Below are positions 51,099-64,000 of a DNA stretch of 64,000 bases, piece by piece; the first letter of the stretch is position 1, and every line of letters starts with the position of its first letter. The stretch is from Gnetum montanum (lineage: Eukaryota; Plantae; Gnetophyta): contig MNCI01001919.1 of assembly GCA_015680685.1 (NCBI GenBank), positions 342,079-406,078 on the forward strand, written 5' to 3'. The notes below the pieces were generated by a model, which was given only the letters and a program-made list of their open reading frames with translations, searched no databases and was not told where the DNA came from. A program made the position numbers and the translations under genes.

Positions 51099-54000
51099 AT
51101 GGCCAGGAAGAGAGGGCACATTCATGGGAAAAAGGGTCTTTCTTTATGTAGTTTTCTTTTATATTATGTGGTTGTATGTAACTGGAGTGTGGCTAAGAAG
51201 CATTTCTCTCGACCTGCAGTAGTGGTAGTGTATGGCTATGTGTAGGAGTGAGGGTTTCATTCTTGGTGCTTTTACTTTTTGAATGGGATTCCATGGCTAT
51301 GTGGGGCATGGGGGAAATGGAAAAAATTGCGGTTTTGTGATTGTAGCTAGGGTGGCCATGACCTAGGAGTGAGGGGTTATGGGACCCCCTTGTCCTTCTC
51401 TTTTTTTTCTGTGTGATCATGTAGGTGGAGGAATTGGGGTTTGGCAGTGACCCTAGGACTAATGAAATGAAAAAGGAGGATTACAAGGCACACGACACCT
51501 AGGAAGAGAGATTTTTTGTGTGTTCCCTATGGACCCAAGACCAAGGTATGGAAAATGGTGTAGCCACAAGGGCAGTGGCCACAATGGGGAAGTAAGGGGT
51601 AGGAAGAGCAATGACAAGCCATGGCCATTACGAGTGCCTCAACGCATGCTATTAGGATGCAATGGAGCTAGGTGCCATTATGAAGGGGGCATAGTGCCTA
51701 GTGTGAGGGTACAAATGAGAGTGGGGGTGGAAATTAGTATTTTTTATTTTTGAAAATTTTTTCTTTAGGAATTTTGGGGCTACGCTCCCAACCGTTAAAA
51801 TTTTTTTGTTGATTTTTCATGTTTTGGGGCTATGCTCCTTGGGGAGTGTAGCCAACAGTTAGAAACAAATTGATGATTTCTGGGGGCTATGCTCTTTGGG
51901 GAGCATAGCTAACACTTAGAATTTTTCGATATTTATTTGGGTTATGCTCTCAAGGAGGGGTAACCTAGAGTTATAATTTTTCATGAACACCTTATGCTAC
52001 ATTGCATGGAGTTAGAAAAAAATTGAAAATTTGCTATGTGCAACAATGAAGAATTTACTAAGTGTAAAAATAAAATGCCAAATGTGAGAATGATAAGTGT
52101 GAGAATGCAAAGTGCTAGAATACCACATGTAAAACAAAATGCAAAGTGTACCAAAGCTTTGCCAAAGTGCTAAACTTGCAAATTGAACATGCAAAACTAC
52201 TAAAACATGCAAACCGCATCAATGTAAACATGCAAATGTGAAGGAAAATGTTAATGCTATACCCCAGTGAGCATCAGGCATGTCAAATGTATGTATTGAT
52301 GTCCTATGCCCACAGGGCCCATAGGAGACCCTAAGGATATGTTTCCTACTAAGTTATGCTATCCTATGTTAGCTTTGCTAATTTTGATAAGTGTAATTTA
52401 ATGTATTTTTGTGCATCCAATGTCTAATAACACTTTTTTTTTTCTTTTTACAGTTGCAGGTTGTTGTTGAAGCCAATCTTCATCATGGTGGAGCTCGTTA
52501 GCATCCTTTGCTATATGAGCGAGCTTGTTTTGAACATGTCTTCATTAGACATGTAGTTGGATCAATAGGTGGTATGGTTTTGGCTAGGAGCATGTGAGTT
52601 TTTGGAATTCCTACTCCAACACTTTAGCATGTTGATGTGGTCACACTTAGTGGAAAAAGCTACTAGTGTGTGATTGCTGCCTAGAACAAACCAAAGCATT
52701 TTGAGGTTAATGTCCAATGAGCCTACTACCAGTGATGGTGAAGCTGAGGGTTCAGGCTGAGGTCCTAGGGATGTTAGGCCTTTGTCTAGGATTTGGTAGA
52801 TGCTAGAATTTAGTTGTTATAGCAAGATAAACACTCTCTTTGTTGCTTGGTGCATGCATAACCTATTTTAGAACCCACTTGGGATAGTGTATAGTGTAAG
52901 AGGATAAGTGTTCCTATCATTTTTGGCTCTTCTTTATTTTTTGGCTATTATCTTATATTAAGATGCTAACTGCTCATGTTTAGTGCTAGGTTTAGTGTTG
53001 ATGAGCATGGCTTTCATGATGAGGAGGGGGACCTGAACCTAACCCACACTACCTTGCAAAGATTTCATCCTGTAAGAGTGTTCATGTGGGGGTGATTGGG
53101 TAGATTAGATCTAACTTGGTGGAGTATCCTCTTTGGTATCTAAAAGCCTATGAGAGGTGTTAGACCCATGGTTGGATGTGGGGTGGATGGATGGGATACC
53201 TAGCATCAAGGAATCATTGGTTCCATCACCACCATCATGCACATCTTTTGTCCTGCATAAGAAATTTATCATTTTATTCTCATGCATTTACTACTTTGGC
53301 TTTTTGCATGATGCTAATGTTGTTTTTGCCTACATTGTAACTATAGTTGTTTCAGGAGAGGTCACAATGGTTACTACGAGTTGCATTGAGGCCACCCTCA
53401 TCATGAAGTATGGTGATGTTGAGGATACACAACATTGGTTATGCCACCAGGCCCCAACAGAGTTAACTAGTAGGCTTATGTAGGCTAGGTTGATGGACCT
53501 ATTCTTGGCCCTTAGCCCAAGCATTTCAATGGTTGAAATGGTTGCTATTATTGATTCCTTCAACAATGAGGCTCATCACTTTGTCATGTGGATATGTGGT
53601 GTGAGAATGGTCCTAGACCTTACTGATGACTTCTTTGTAGATCTCTTTGGCCTTCCCTTTGATGGCCCATTGGTCATTAATAAGACCAATAGAGAGGTGG
53701 ACCATTGAGGTGATGTCAAGGAGTGGCTAGGAACCTCTGAATCATGCAAAGGCATAGTCATTAAGAATGTGTAGGTGCCTATGGTCCATAAGCTTTACCC
53801 TCTCTTCCATGCTCATGTGTTTCCAAAGTTGCTCTCCCAGGGAAAATCCTTGGGATGGACCAAGCTTGAGTGATAAGGGATGTGCTAGAGGAGGACATAA
53901 GGTATAAGTAGGCCTCTCACATTGCTAATGGCCTACATTTCAAGGTCTTCAAGTTGTGCCACAACTTTCAGGTGAGGTCTAATGTGCACTTCACATTCTT

Positions 54001-56026
54001 TGTAGGATTCCTATAAAGGTTTGCTGAGTTTTTGGTGGTTTGTGAGGATGGATGATGGGTGGTGAAAGACTACACATAGCTCTTGAAGTTGTGGGTCAAG
54101 CACTTGTTTGCTACCATGTGAGCATAGGATCCCCTAGAGGTAATTGGTGAGTTATTTTCCATAATGGCTAAAGGTCACTTGGGGTGATCTCACTAGCATG
54201 ATAATGTAGGTGAAGCTCTAGTAGCTAGTATCGGGAATGTGATTAGAATGAAGTGTTACATGCTAAGATGGTGGAACCATCTAAGAAAAATATTAAGAGG
54301 CCATGTGTTGTAGAGGAGCCTACACAAAAGGTTGAAAAGGTGGATGGCAAGAAGATCTACCTAAAGTTTCATGGCTTGCACATGGATGTTGCAAGTTAGT
54401 ATGAGTTATTGGATGCATCTTTTGCATTTTGTGTATTTATATTTTTATGTTTTTTATTCTATCCTATATTGTGCAAAGTTTTTATGCTAAGTGTTAAAAT
54501 GCTAATCTTGACATGTGTGTGAATTGTTGGAATTAGGTGAGAGGGATATTAGGGTAGTGATAGAAGTAGTAGTAGAAGAGGTCCCTCCTCAAACTGAGGA
54601 GGAAGAGGCATAGGAGGAGGAGCTGCATGAGGCTACAAAAGTCCTCTAATAGTTGGAGGAGGAGGAACTACTTCACCATGATGGGGGTAACTTTGATAGC
54701 CTCTTTGATGGTGTGTATTTGCATGATCCCCCCTCTCACACTTGAGGGTTTGCTAGGTAAGTGCTCTGAGTTGCCATCTATAATTACTCTCTTTTTGCTC
54801 TTGCATCTTTGGCTGTTTGATTGTTGCTAAATGTGTTATTGCATTGTAGTTGCAGAAGTACCTACTAATGGTCCAATGTCCACCTCTACCTATTACATGG
54901 AGCCATGGGTAGAGGCACCTAACAAATTCACCTGCATGGAAGGTCTAGTTGAGGACATGGTAGATTGCTTATAGTAGGTGGATCCTAGGCTTGGTATGCT
55001 TGTGATGTTTCTTTGTTTATCTTGCTCTAATATTTTGAAACTTAGTCTATGCCTAATGCTATTTTTCTTGTTGTATGCAAATAGGTTCTAAGCTTCACTA
55101 GGATTTGAGTAGGGTGGCCAAGGTGGATGCCATCCTCAATTTTCCCCCTTAAGTGGAGCAAGTGCCCTATCGTGTATATGAGGTAGCGAGTAAGTGCATG
55201 ACTTCATGTGTGAAAGTGTTATGGATTTGCAAGTGCACTAATGAGTAGTAGGTGCATGAGCTCTAGGATAGGGTAGTGAGCCAGGATGCTATGATTGAGG
55301 ACCTGCAATATTTCATTGTAGCTTTCACATGAGGGGATAGTACCTAGTGAACAACTAAGATCAACTATGCCAGATACTAGTCAACAACTTGGGGTAAAAA
55401 TAACCAAACTAGGATTGGAAGGATAAGAGCACAAAAGTTTATTAGTGGGAAAAGACTCAGAATAACAACAAGCACCACTACAAGAATGAATGAAATGAAT
55501 ACCTTAAATGGTATAAAGAGGAGTTCATTGAATGTCATTTCCATGATATGTTCCTTGAGGTGATTGGTGGGACATAGGCTTACGAGTTGTTTGTTCATCA
55601 TGTAGTGGTGAGTGGGTCTCTAGAGAGGTAGATTACTATGCCCTAAAGAGAGGTTTCCTTTGCCATGTTTTTGATGAAGTTGCCTACATGGACTGCTTTG
55701 GACAAAGGCAACACCCTTGTGGGTATTGACTTTGGCTCAGAGGATTGGATGTGGCTATCAAAGGCTAAAATACTCCAATGCCTAGAGGAGGGCCTTGATA
55801 GATTGCCTCCAAAGATGGATGTGGGATCCTCTTAGGTTAGATTTTTTTGTTGTTTTTCAAGTTTTTTTTTAGTTTTGCATGCTGTGCATTTGTTGATTGA
55901 TTTGTTATTTTACATTGCTTTGAATAGGCACTAGGTAATGTTGTAGGCCCCAACGGAGTAGTAGAGGAAGAGGAAGAGGAGCCTCAACCCCCATTGAATA
56001 CCATCGACTTAACAATCCTGCTGTAG
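51099..56026 (+). pseudogene. Antisense multi-exon accessory gene of D (homologue of 25851-31862)
   Basis: Candidate start MARKRGHIHGKK. T-rich introns at ~52905-52989, 53256-53356, 54398-54536, 54757-54849, 54994-55083 and 55836-55927. Exon peptides match B. Stop at 56026, AATAAA at 56104. 5' end uncertain. Confidence 0.72.
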
Positions 56027-56199
56027 CCCTACTATTTGGGTAATTTTGCATTTTTTTGATAATTTTTGCTATATAGTCATGCCATGTATTTTTTTGATGG
56101 ATTAATAAACTATTTTTTTACTATGTGAATTGCACATTATTGAAATTCTTTCATTCATTTGCTAAGTGTTGCATGCTAATAATGTAGGGGATTGATGTT

Positions 56200-56530
56200 A
56201 TTAGGTCCTTTGTGGACCCCATGCTAGTTTAATGCCATAGTGGGAGGGCCATTGCTAGTTTAGGGCCACTTAGGGTTGCAAATGAAGAGGAAATGTCTTG
56301 CTAGTTTTAGGCCATGATGGGCCATGTGATAGTTTTAGGTCATTTCAGGTTGCAAGATGCTAGTTTAAACCCTTGGTGGACCATAGCAATTATTTTGGGC
56401 CACTCTGGGCCATTATGATGAAAGAAAAAGGGTTGCCATTTTTAGGCCATAGTAGGTTGTACACTAGTTTAAGGCCTTTTTGGGCCATGACAATGTTAGA
56501 AAGGTGGCCATTTTTAGGCCATGACAAGCC
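56200..56530. repeat. Degenerate tandem repeats after the gag-PR stop of D
   Basis: Recurrent gctagtttt(a)ggcca-like core, the reverse complement of the B repeat core. Confidence 0.7.
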
Positions 56531-56764
56531 ATATATAATTTTTGGTAATTTTGAATTTTGTGATTTTTATGTATTTTAGTGTTTTTTAATGTGTAAGAAA
56601 ATCAAATGAAAATCCATAAACAAAAAGAATGAATGCATAATAAAATGAATGATGTAAAACACAGGCAACCATGAAAAATGTAATTACACAAGCAAAAGGA
56701 AAAAGAGGCATGCAAAGATTAGGAGCAAGTAAGCACTTAGCACCCATTGGACTAAGGGGGTGCC

Positions 56765-59700
56765 TTAGTCATGTAGTTGCTTCTTAACCCAAGGTGGGTT
56801 GGGGGGTGCATAGGGTCTAGGTAGTACAAGGTGATATTCACCAAGACCTTCATCAGTGATGTTGAAAGATAACTCTACCCAAAGAGCTTCCTCAGGGAGG
56901 TCGTTGGCTTCTTTTGGTTCCTCAAGTGGGCTTGCTGGACAAGGTTGATCCTCATCCTTCATGGGCAACATGTCATTGGAAAAATCTACCTCTAATCCTT
57001 ATTCTATGTCAAGGTTATTTATGGTCAGAGGGGCTGCATTGTCATCATGTATGATCACTTCTCTAACTTTGTATGGAAGGTGGATTTCTTGGTGGATGGG
57101 TAAGGAGACCATCTACAATTAGGCTAGCCAAGGCCTTCCCAAGATTATATTGAACCTAAACATCTACTCAATGATAATGAATTCAACTATAGTGGGGAAT
57201 TTCTCCCTTTCCATGAAAGCTATTGTGACCATCCCCCTTACAACAACATGTGATCCATTAAAGGACTTTAAGCATGTTGTTTTTGTGGGTTTGATTTGGT
57301 CAGTGAGACTGAGTTTGTCAATGATTGGGAATGGGATGACATTAGTTGCTGCCCTATCATGGACACGCATCCTATGAATCTTGCATTTCCCTACAAGGAT
57401 AGTTATGAACATTGGTGTGGCGGTGACCTGATCCTTTTCAACGTCAATCTTGGTCATGTTGTTGCAAAAAATTAGGGGTGTTGAGTCTAACTCCTGAGGT
57501 GTAGGGGAAAGCATCACAACATGGATGACTTTTTCATCCATTAGGATGTCCTTGTTAATAGGAATAGAGGTCAACATGTAAAGTAATTCTTTATAGTGAG
57601 TGGAGGAGGTCATGACCAAGTTGTATAGGCTCAAGGATGTGTTTTTTTTTCTTCAAAGACTATTTGTCTTGTGACAATGAATCTAGGAAATCCTTATTAT
57701 TGTTAGCTATCTTGTTGGCCTTCATTTCCTCCATGCAGCCTAAGAGATGGATCTCTTGGGAAGGAGATTTGGGCTTTGCTTGTTTTGCTTACTTTTGAGC
57801 ATCAATGCTTGATTTTTGATTACTTGTAGTGGCATTCTCAGTTGACATGGACATGGGAATAGAAGATAAGGGGATGGACTTAAGTGGACCTAGCTCCATG
57901 TTTTTCTAATTATTTTTTTGGTGACGTGCTTGCTAGGCCTCTTGGGCTACCACCTAGACTATCTATTGTGGTATGTGGGATAAGGCTTTAGGTAGGCAAG
58001 GTCTCATGTAGAGCCCACCACCGAACTGTAAGTAGGCAAAGAGTCTACACATTGAGGCATCCTAATGACAAAGGATGTCTAAGTTGCTATTGTTGCAACA
58101 TGTTGTAGGGCCCTAATAATAAAGGGTGTCATGTGTGCTTGAGGTGATGCTTTGATGACAAAAGAAAACCTCAAACTAATTGATGCTGAGGAGGCCCCAG
58201 TGTTTCCAGAGGACACACGAATCATAAATGGTTGTTGTTTTGGTTCTGAGTAACCATTAATGTTGATGGCATTGATAAAGTAATCCACACCACTCACATT
58301 GAAAGGGTCTTTGTACACCTTCATCGATTGATTTTTAGGGAAAACTAGGTTGGTCACATCAAGGACAAGTTAACCTTGGTTAATCATGCATTGTATGTTA
58401 TCCTGTAAGGCCATGTAGAAATCCATGTCAAGGCCAGGTAGTTGATGGTAATGGTAGAACCAGTTTAACCTGAAATATTTTGAGACCAAAGGCTCATTTG
58501 GTGTGGCAATTGATGGGTTTCTAAGGAGCTTGTAGTAGGGATCATGTCCTTGTAAGCATCTTCAAACATTTTCTTATACTAGATGCACCCAACATTAAGT
58601 AGTTGACCTAAGAGCTCCAATGGCTTGATGGGTAATGATGTATATTTTGAGTAGTCCTTACACTCAAAGTTTGGCCTTGGGGTAGTTTGCCCTATGGCCA
58701 TTGATGGTATGGACTAGTTTTTTGCTGTAGTGCTAGAGTGGGATGCCTTACTATTGTCTAGGGCCTGGGTGCCTTGGTTGTTGGTTTGGCATTATTTGGC
58801 TTGGCCTCATTGGCCATCGTTGCAATAGTTGTGGTTTCCTTGCCCTTTTTCTTGTCTTTCTTTGCATGCACATTCTTATAGGCCACATAGGTTGGGCCTT
58901 TACTAGCCTCTGCTGCATCCTAGATGCTCTTTGTTTGAGCAAATTCTTGGCTCAAGGAGTGTAGGGAAAGGTAGTACAACTTTAACTTGATGAAGTCATT
59001 CACTACACATTTGAAAATAGCTAGTAGATGGCTTTTTTCAATGGGATTGCAAATTTCATTGAGAGTAGTGCTTTAGTGCTAGATGAATTTTTGTACAAGC
59101 TCTAAGTGGCCCTACTTGATCTACATTAGTTGATCCAAGGTCACCTTGGGCTTTAAGTTGTACTTGAAGTGAGTGATGAATTGACTAAGAAATTTCTCTA
59201 AAGAGGATGTGGAGGCCCTGGGGAGTGCATGGTATCGTTCTAGTGCCTTGCCAATTAGGAGCATGACAAATGCATAGATGATTACATGTGGTCATGCCTA
59301 CAATAGAAGGCATTTAGAATGGAAGGTCATTAGATGGGTGCTAGGATTCCTTTCACCATTGTATTTAGTGAACTGGGAAAGTTGGACTATGGGAGGTAGG
59401 GTTAATGATGGGATTGTAGGCTTGATTAGGTTATCTTGGTAAAAGTGCATCACATGAACCATTTTAGAGGAGGTAGCTTTAAGTTGCTTAACCTCCTTGG
59501 TGAGCATCTGAATCAGTTGGAATGCTTGGCCCAAGCTTAAGGTGGGTGTAGTAGGCTACCCTAGTTGTGCTATCCATTGTGCTACTTGAGTGATCCATAG
59601 CCCTAATATGGGCTGCACGACCACATGAGATGCCTATTGTGTGTGCTATTGCATGTGTTTCTGTGTGTGTTGCATCATGGACACAAAGATTGGAGCCCAC

Positions 59701-60490
59701 CACGCAGTTGTGACTTGTGCCATTGTAGGAGGGGCCAATGAGATAGGAAAAACATATGATGCTTGAGTCAGTGGTAGTTGGGACATCTACACAATGTGTA
59801 GGTAAGGTTGCATGGGCATGATGGATGATTGTAGGGAGGATTGCATAGGTTGTGTTGATGTCATGAAGGGGAGGATGGTAGATGATCCTACACCCTAATG
59901 TGTGTAATGTGAAAAGAAAGGAATGACAGATGGTCCTACACCCTGATGCACAGTCACTTAATGCTTGCCATCATAGGGGTTGACTTAGGAGGTGATAAAG
60001 GGGATATAACCATCTAATAGAAGGTAGATGGCTAGGGTTGTAGAGGGATGAAACTAGATGTAGCCTATTGAAAAGAGGCATGAAAGGGATTCTCATGCTT
60101 TGAATGAGCCTCAAACTCATCCTACCCATCTTGTAGGGGATCCTCATAGTCAGTTGCCACATCATGCTCATTCGACCCAGTTAGTTGAATGAGTTAGTCA
60201 AGTAGCCACCGAAAGGTCTTAGTGAGTAGAATGAAATCATTAGGGGTAGGGAAGTACTCCCTCCCATTCTGGTGTATGATTTTGTAACCTCATTTGACAG
60301 TCATTTCTTAGTGGTATAGGGATAGACCTACTTAGATTTTTGTGCAAAGGAAGTTATATTTTTTGTTGTTGACTACCATGTATTTGGGAGGTTGATTGCA
60401 TATTCTAAGTGATTGCCTCTCTACCAAAGCAGACCCCTTAACCCTAGGAAGATCAATTGTGATCTCCTACTGAATAGGTTGAACAATGAC
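56765..60490 (-). pseudogene. gag-pro: gag-protease ORF of D
   Basis: ORFs 59298-59534 (FTKYNGERNPSTHL), 57164-57634 (RVHDRAATNVIPFPI) and 56765-56971 ending WVKKQLHD*. Start approximate. Confidence 0.85.
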
Positions 60491-60985
60491 TATGCTTAGG
60501 GTAGAGGTTGAGGACTACTTAGGGTTCATGATGCTATGTAAAAAATGCAAAAGTTGTAGATGCTAAAAAATAGCTAAGTATAGGAATGTTGAAAAATGGC
60601 TAAGTATGAAGATGTTGAAAAATGTTAAAAAAGTGGCTAAGTCTAACAAAACTACTAAAAAAAACTAACTTTAGTGTGCTACACTTGCTATACTAAGGTT
60701 TTCTATGCTCTTACATTGAGAGCTAGCTATGCTCTCTTGAGCACATAGAGTTTTGGCTAAGTGCCAAAGATATGCTTTGGATTTAGTCCAATGGGGTTCT
60801 AGGGAAATTGACAACTGGGTCCAATCTATAGCAACTCTCTCATAGATAACTCTTGTGTTGGCCTATGATCTAGCTATTACCATGGTAGGTCCATAGGGGT
60901 GTTGGGTCTATGCTAGTTTGAGGCTAGTAACAGAGGTGCAAAGAGCATGTGAGACTACCACTGAACAAAGAAGGAAATGGCATGG

Positions 60986-61002
60986 CCCTCCTTCTAGCAC
61001 CA
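60986..61002 (-). promoter_or_regulatory. tRNA-Asn PBS of D
   Basis: Minus strand TGGTGCTAGAAGGAGGG next to the LTR end. Confidence 0.85.
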
Positions 61003-61008
61003 GAAAAC

Positions 61009-62697
61009 TATAGCGACCAAAACCATCAGTGGTTGGAATGGTCATGTCGAGGGTTCTAAAGGCTATGATATAGTTGTAACCCCATCCCCATTTGAAGGGC
61101 TATCTTTGGAGGGGAAAATGAAGGTAGAGCACTTGGGACGATCTTATCAATCAAATTGGGACTTACAAAGTGTTTCGATGAATGAGTTCTAGGGGTTTGG
61201 ATAGTGTTTTCAGTCATACCAGGGTCAACTAAGCTTGAGTGTAGCAAGATTTCCCAGTGCAAGAACGATGGTGAAAACATGAAAATACATGCAAAATAGC
61301 AAAAAAAAATGTGAGTGGAATGCTAAATGCCAAAATAAGTACTTGAAAATGTAAAGGATTTTCAAGAGAGGAAGAATGGCACCACCCCAAATGGGGGGAG
61401 TGTCGCAATTACAAAGAAAAGGTAAGGAGGTACATGTTGTATAGATGGGCATAATAGGTAGCATATTCATAGTCCCTAGGGTGTCCAGGTTGTGGAAACT
61501 AACATGTGTCATGAAGCCTATGCTTGCTGGGTTGGCTACTATGGTGACTCATGGGCTGCGGTGTGCTTGGTAGTTGTGAAAACGTGTTGCCAAGGTGCAA
61601 AGTGTTTTAGGGGTGCGAGGTGCTCCAAATGACTTAGATACTAAGTGATTCTTGGGTTTTTCAAATAGATGCAAGGATTGCCAATCAAAATGCCAAAATG
61701 CCAACTGCCAAATGAAATTACCAACCAACCCCTAAAATGTGAGTCATAGGGGTATTTATAGGCCTAGGGTTGATGTGAAATGCAAATCAACCACCATGTG
61801 GCAAAAGGAGTAGTTGTGGCTATGCTAGATCCAACTACGCTAGAGTAATTGGTGATATGCTTTGGTGTGCTCTAATGGACCCCAAGAGGCTACTATATTG
61901 TGACTACATTGCCAAGACTACATGTTCTAGAGTTGAAAAGATTGCAATGTACCTACAAACAGTGAAAAATAATGCAATTTGGAGGCTACACTCTAGGACT
62001 ATGTTGTCCCCTCTTTCAAGTGGGATCAAGCATGAAAATAATTTGAGGACAAATAGGGGATGCAAAAGAGATTCAAATTGCTAATCTTGCTTGCTAGAGG
62101 AATGTTGAGGTTGAGATGGATGCTAGTGTTGAGCTCTAGAAGCTTGTGGAGGTTGTTCTACATTGCTATGCTAGCTACACTCTAGAGCGTAACCCAACAG
62201 TTAGGCAAATTCTGCAAAAATTGAAGTCTAGTACTTGCTATGCTAGCTATGCTCTGGAGCGTAGCATTGACACTTAGAAAAAATTGGCAAAACTTGTAAT
62301 CATCATCTAGGCTATGTTGGCTATGCTCTAGAGCATAGCAAGAAGGGTAGCCTCAAGAGTTAGAAAATCTACCAAAATGCTTTTTCCTAACTTGATAGCT
62401 CCTAGCTTGATACTTAGGAAAAATGGACATTGAAATGCATGCTATGCTAGCTACACTCTAGAGTGCAGCAGGAAGAATGGGAATGTAGCGGAACACTTAG
62501 AAAATTTTTGCAACTACTATCAACACTTAGAAAATTTTGCAATTCTAGTTTTATGCTACATGCTACATTGACTACACTCTAGAGCATAGTCCTAGTAGTG
62601 GAGGGATGGGCCAAACACTTGGAAAAAATTTGCTTGGTGTTGACACTTAGACAAATTTGCCATTGAGGTGTTTTTGCCCAAATTTTGTGGTTTTTTT
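61009..62697 (-). repeat. 5' LTR of D (~1.69 kb)
   Basis: Matches 11783-12371 plus 43230-44391. TATA (minus) cctataaata ~61753-61762. Confidence 0.88.
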
Positions 62698-63700
62698 AAG
62701 CCCCAAGAGCAAGAAGCTAAAGTGACTCATGTCATAAGACTTCTTTGGGAGGATCCCAAAGTGGAATCTATTCATTAGATTCTCATTGCTGAAACTGTCT
62801 AGTCAAGGTAAGATGAGGTGCTAAGGCCAAGACCCAATTTGGAGGTCACATTAACAAAGGCCTACCTTGAAAAGATCTAAAACAAGGAGGTTTAGAGTTT
62901 GATTCCTCAAGAACTCAAATTTTGATCCTTCTTAGAACTAGCATCCAAGAAAGTTCATACATAATAGTAGGAATCTCCCATGTGGTCCATTCTTTTCTCT
63001 AGGGGGAATGGTACATGTAGGATATTTACTTATTCTAGAAAAAACACTAAGAAAGATGCATCAGATAAAATCAAAGACATCACCATTTCCAACTCAATTG
63101 AGGCCTTTTTTGAGGCCCTTAGTTTATCCAACATTAGGATAACTTTGATGAAGATATTCATCCAAGTAGACCTTGAAGCAAAGAAAGAGTGGGTCCAACA
63201 CTGCTATGGGATGGATTTCAAGGAGTATGAGGCACTCACTAAGGCAAAGTGCATATATTTCAAAATTTCACCCTATGACTTAAACCCAATGATGAGGCCT
63301 AGTAAGATCATAGCCTTCTCCACCCATGCATGTGCCACTTTCAATAGGAAATTCCGTATCAACCTTCCTTAGCTTATCTATGTAGAGATAGAGAAGTAGT
63401 TCAAAGAAAATAAGCAAGGAAGAAAGAAACTTCTATTTCCAAGTCTAATTTGAAAACTCTACAAGAGGAAAGGCATAACATGCTATGAAAATGGTACACT
63501 TTGTTATGTTCCTACCGAATCTTGATAGGAGATGCTGAAAGGTAAAGTAGATGTAAAGTTGTAAGTAGAGGAGTAGCCATCACCATCACCTATCAGGGAG
63601 ACCATATCAAAAGTACATAAAGCTATAGAAATAATTACAAAACTCTATGAGTAGCTACTATAATAATAATAATAGGGTTCAGCAAGTGATGGGGAGCCAT
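62698..63700 (+). pseudogene. Decayed accessory (env-like/ORF after pol) gene, probably of Athila-type element O
   Basis: ORF 62980-63372 (KIKDITISNSIEAFFEALSLSNI...FRINLP) resembles plant-transposon accessory proteins. It lies where O would resume once D is removed. Confidence 0.45.
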
Positions 63701-64000
63701 TAGTTTACCATCCAACATTAAGCCATCTTAATGAGGTCATTAGGACCATCATTTGGTTGGAGGAAACCATCCCATTGTTCTTAACACAACAAATGTAGGA
63801 ATCCACAGGAATAAATCCTAGTACTTGAGAAGTTATGGTGTTAATCCCTAGGCAAGAATTCCATGAAATCTCTAAAAATTCCATAACTTTCTCAGTGCAC
63901 TTAGAGGTAGCCAAGGGGGTAATTGTCCTAATGATGTAGCACCATAGACAAGAGATAGTGGAAAAAGTGGTGGATGATAGGATGGCCAAGGTCCTAAACA

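Larger units (their letters stand above)
11783..62697 (-). mobile_element. Tat-type LTR retrotransposon D (~20 kb once A and B are removed)
   Basis: 5' LTR 61009-62697, Asn PBS, gag-PR, spacer with antisense gene, RT-RH-aRH-INT, PPT, and a 3' LTR split into 43230-44391 and 11783-12371. No clean TSD seen. Confidence 0.85.

Overview
This window is land-plant heterochromatin made entirely of nested Ty3/gypsy non-chromovirus LTR retrotransposons; I found no host gene. Left end: a young, CpG-rich Athila-type element (Y, minus strand; LTR 826-1831, tRNA-Asp PBS, gag open to the window edge) sits in an old Athila-type gag fragment. Next to it is a decayed Athila-type element (O, plus strand, ~2470-11782, probably resuming at ~62698). 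Into O is inserted a Tat-type element D (minus, 11783-62697). Into D's 3' LTR is inserted Tat-type element A (plus, 12372-43224; gag-PR only, duplicated 5' end). Into A's gag is inserted Tat-type element B (plus, 19654-39026, 5-bp TSD). Two things stand out. (1) In both B and D the polyprotein is split: gag-PR ends in a conserved stop, and a 6.5-7.2 kb spacer carrying an antisense, multi-intron protein gene with conserved intron positions separates it from RT-RH-aRH-INT. A candidate internal promoter and family-specific AGCGTA motif arrays accompany this. (2) The Y LTR contains four copies of a covarying RNA stem-loop motif, also traceable in the old relative O. All alignments and translations were done by eye, so boundaries marked ~ are approximate.
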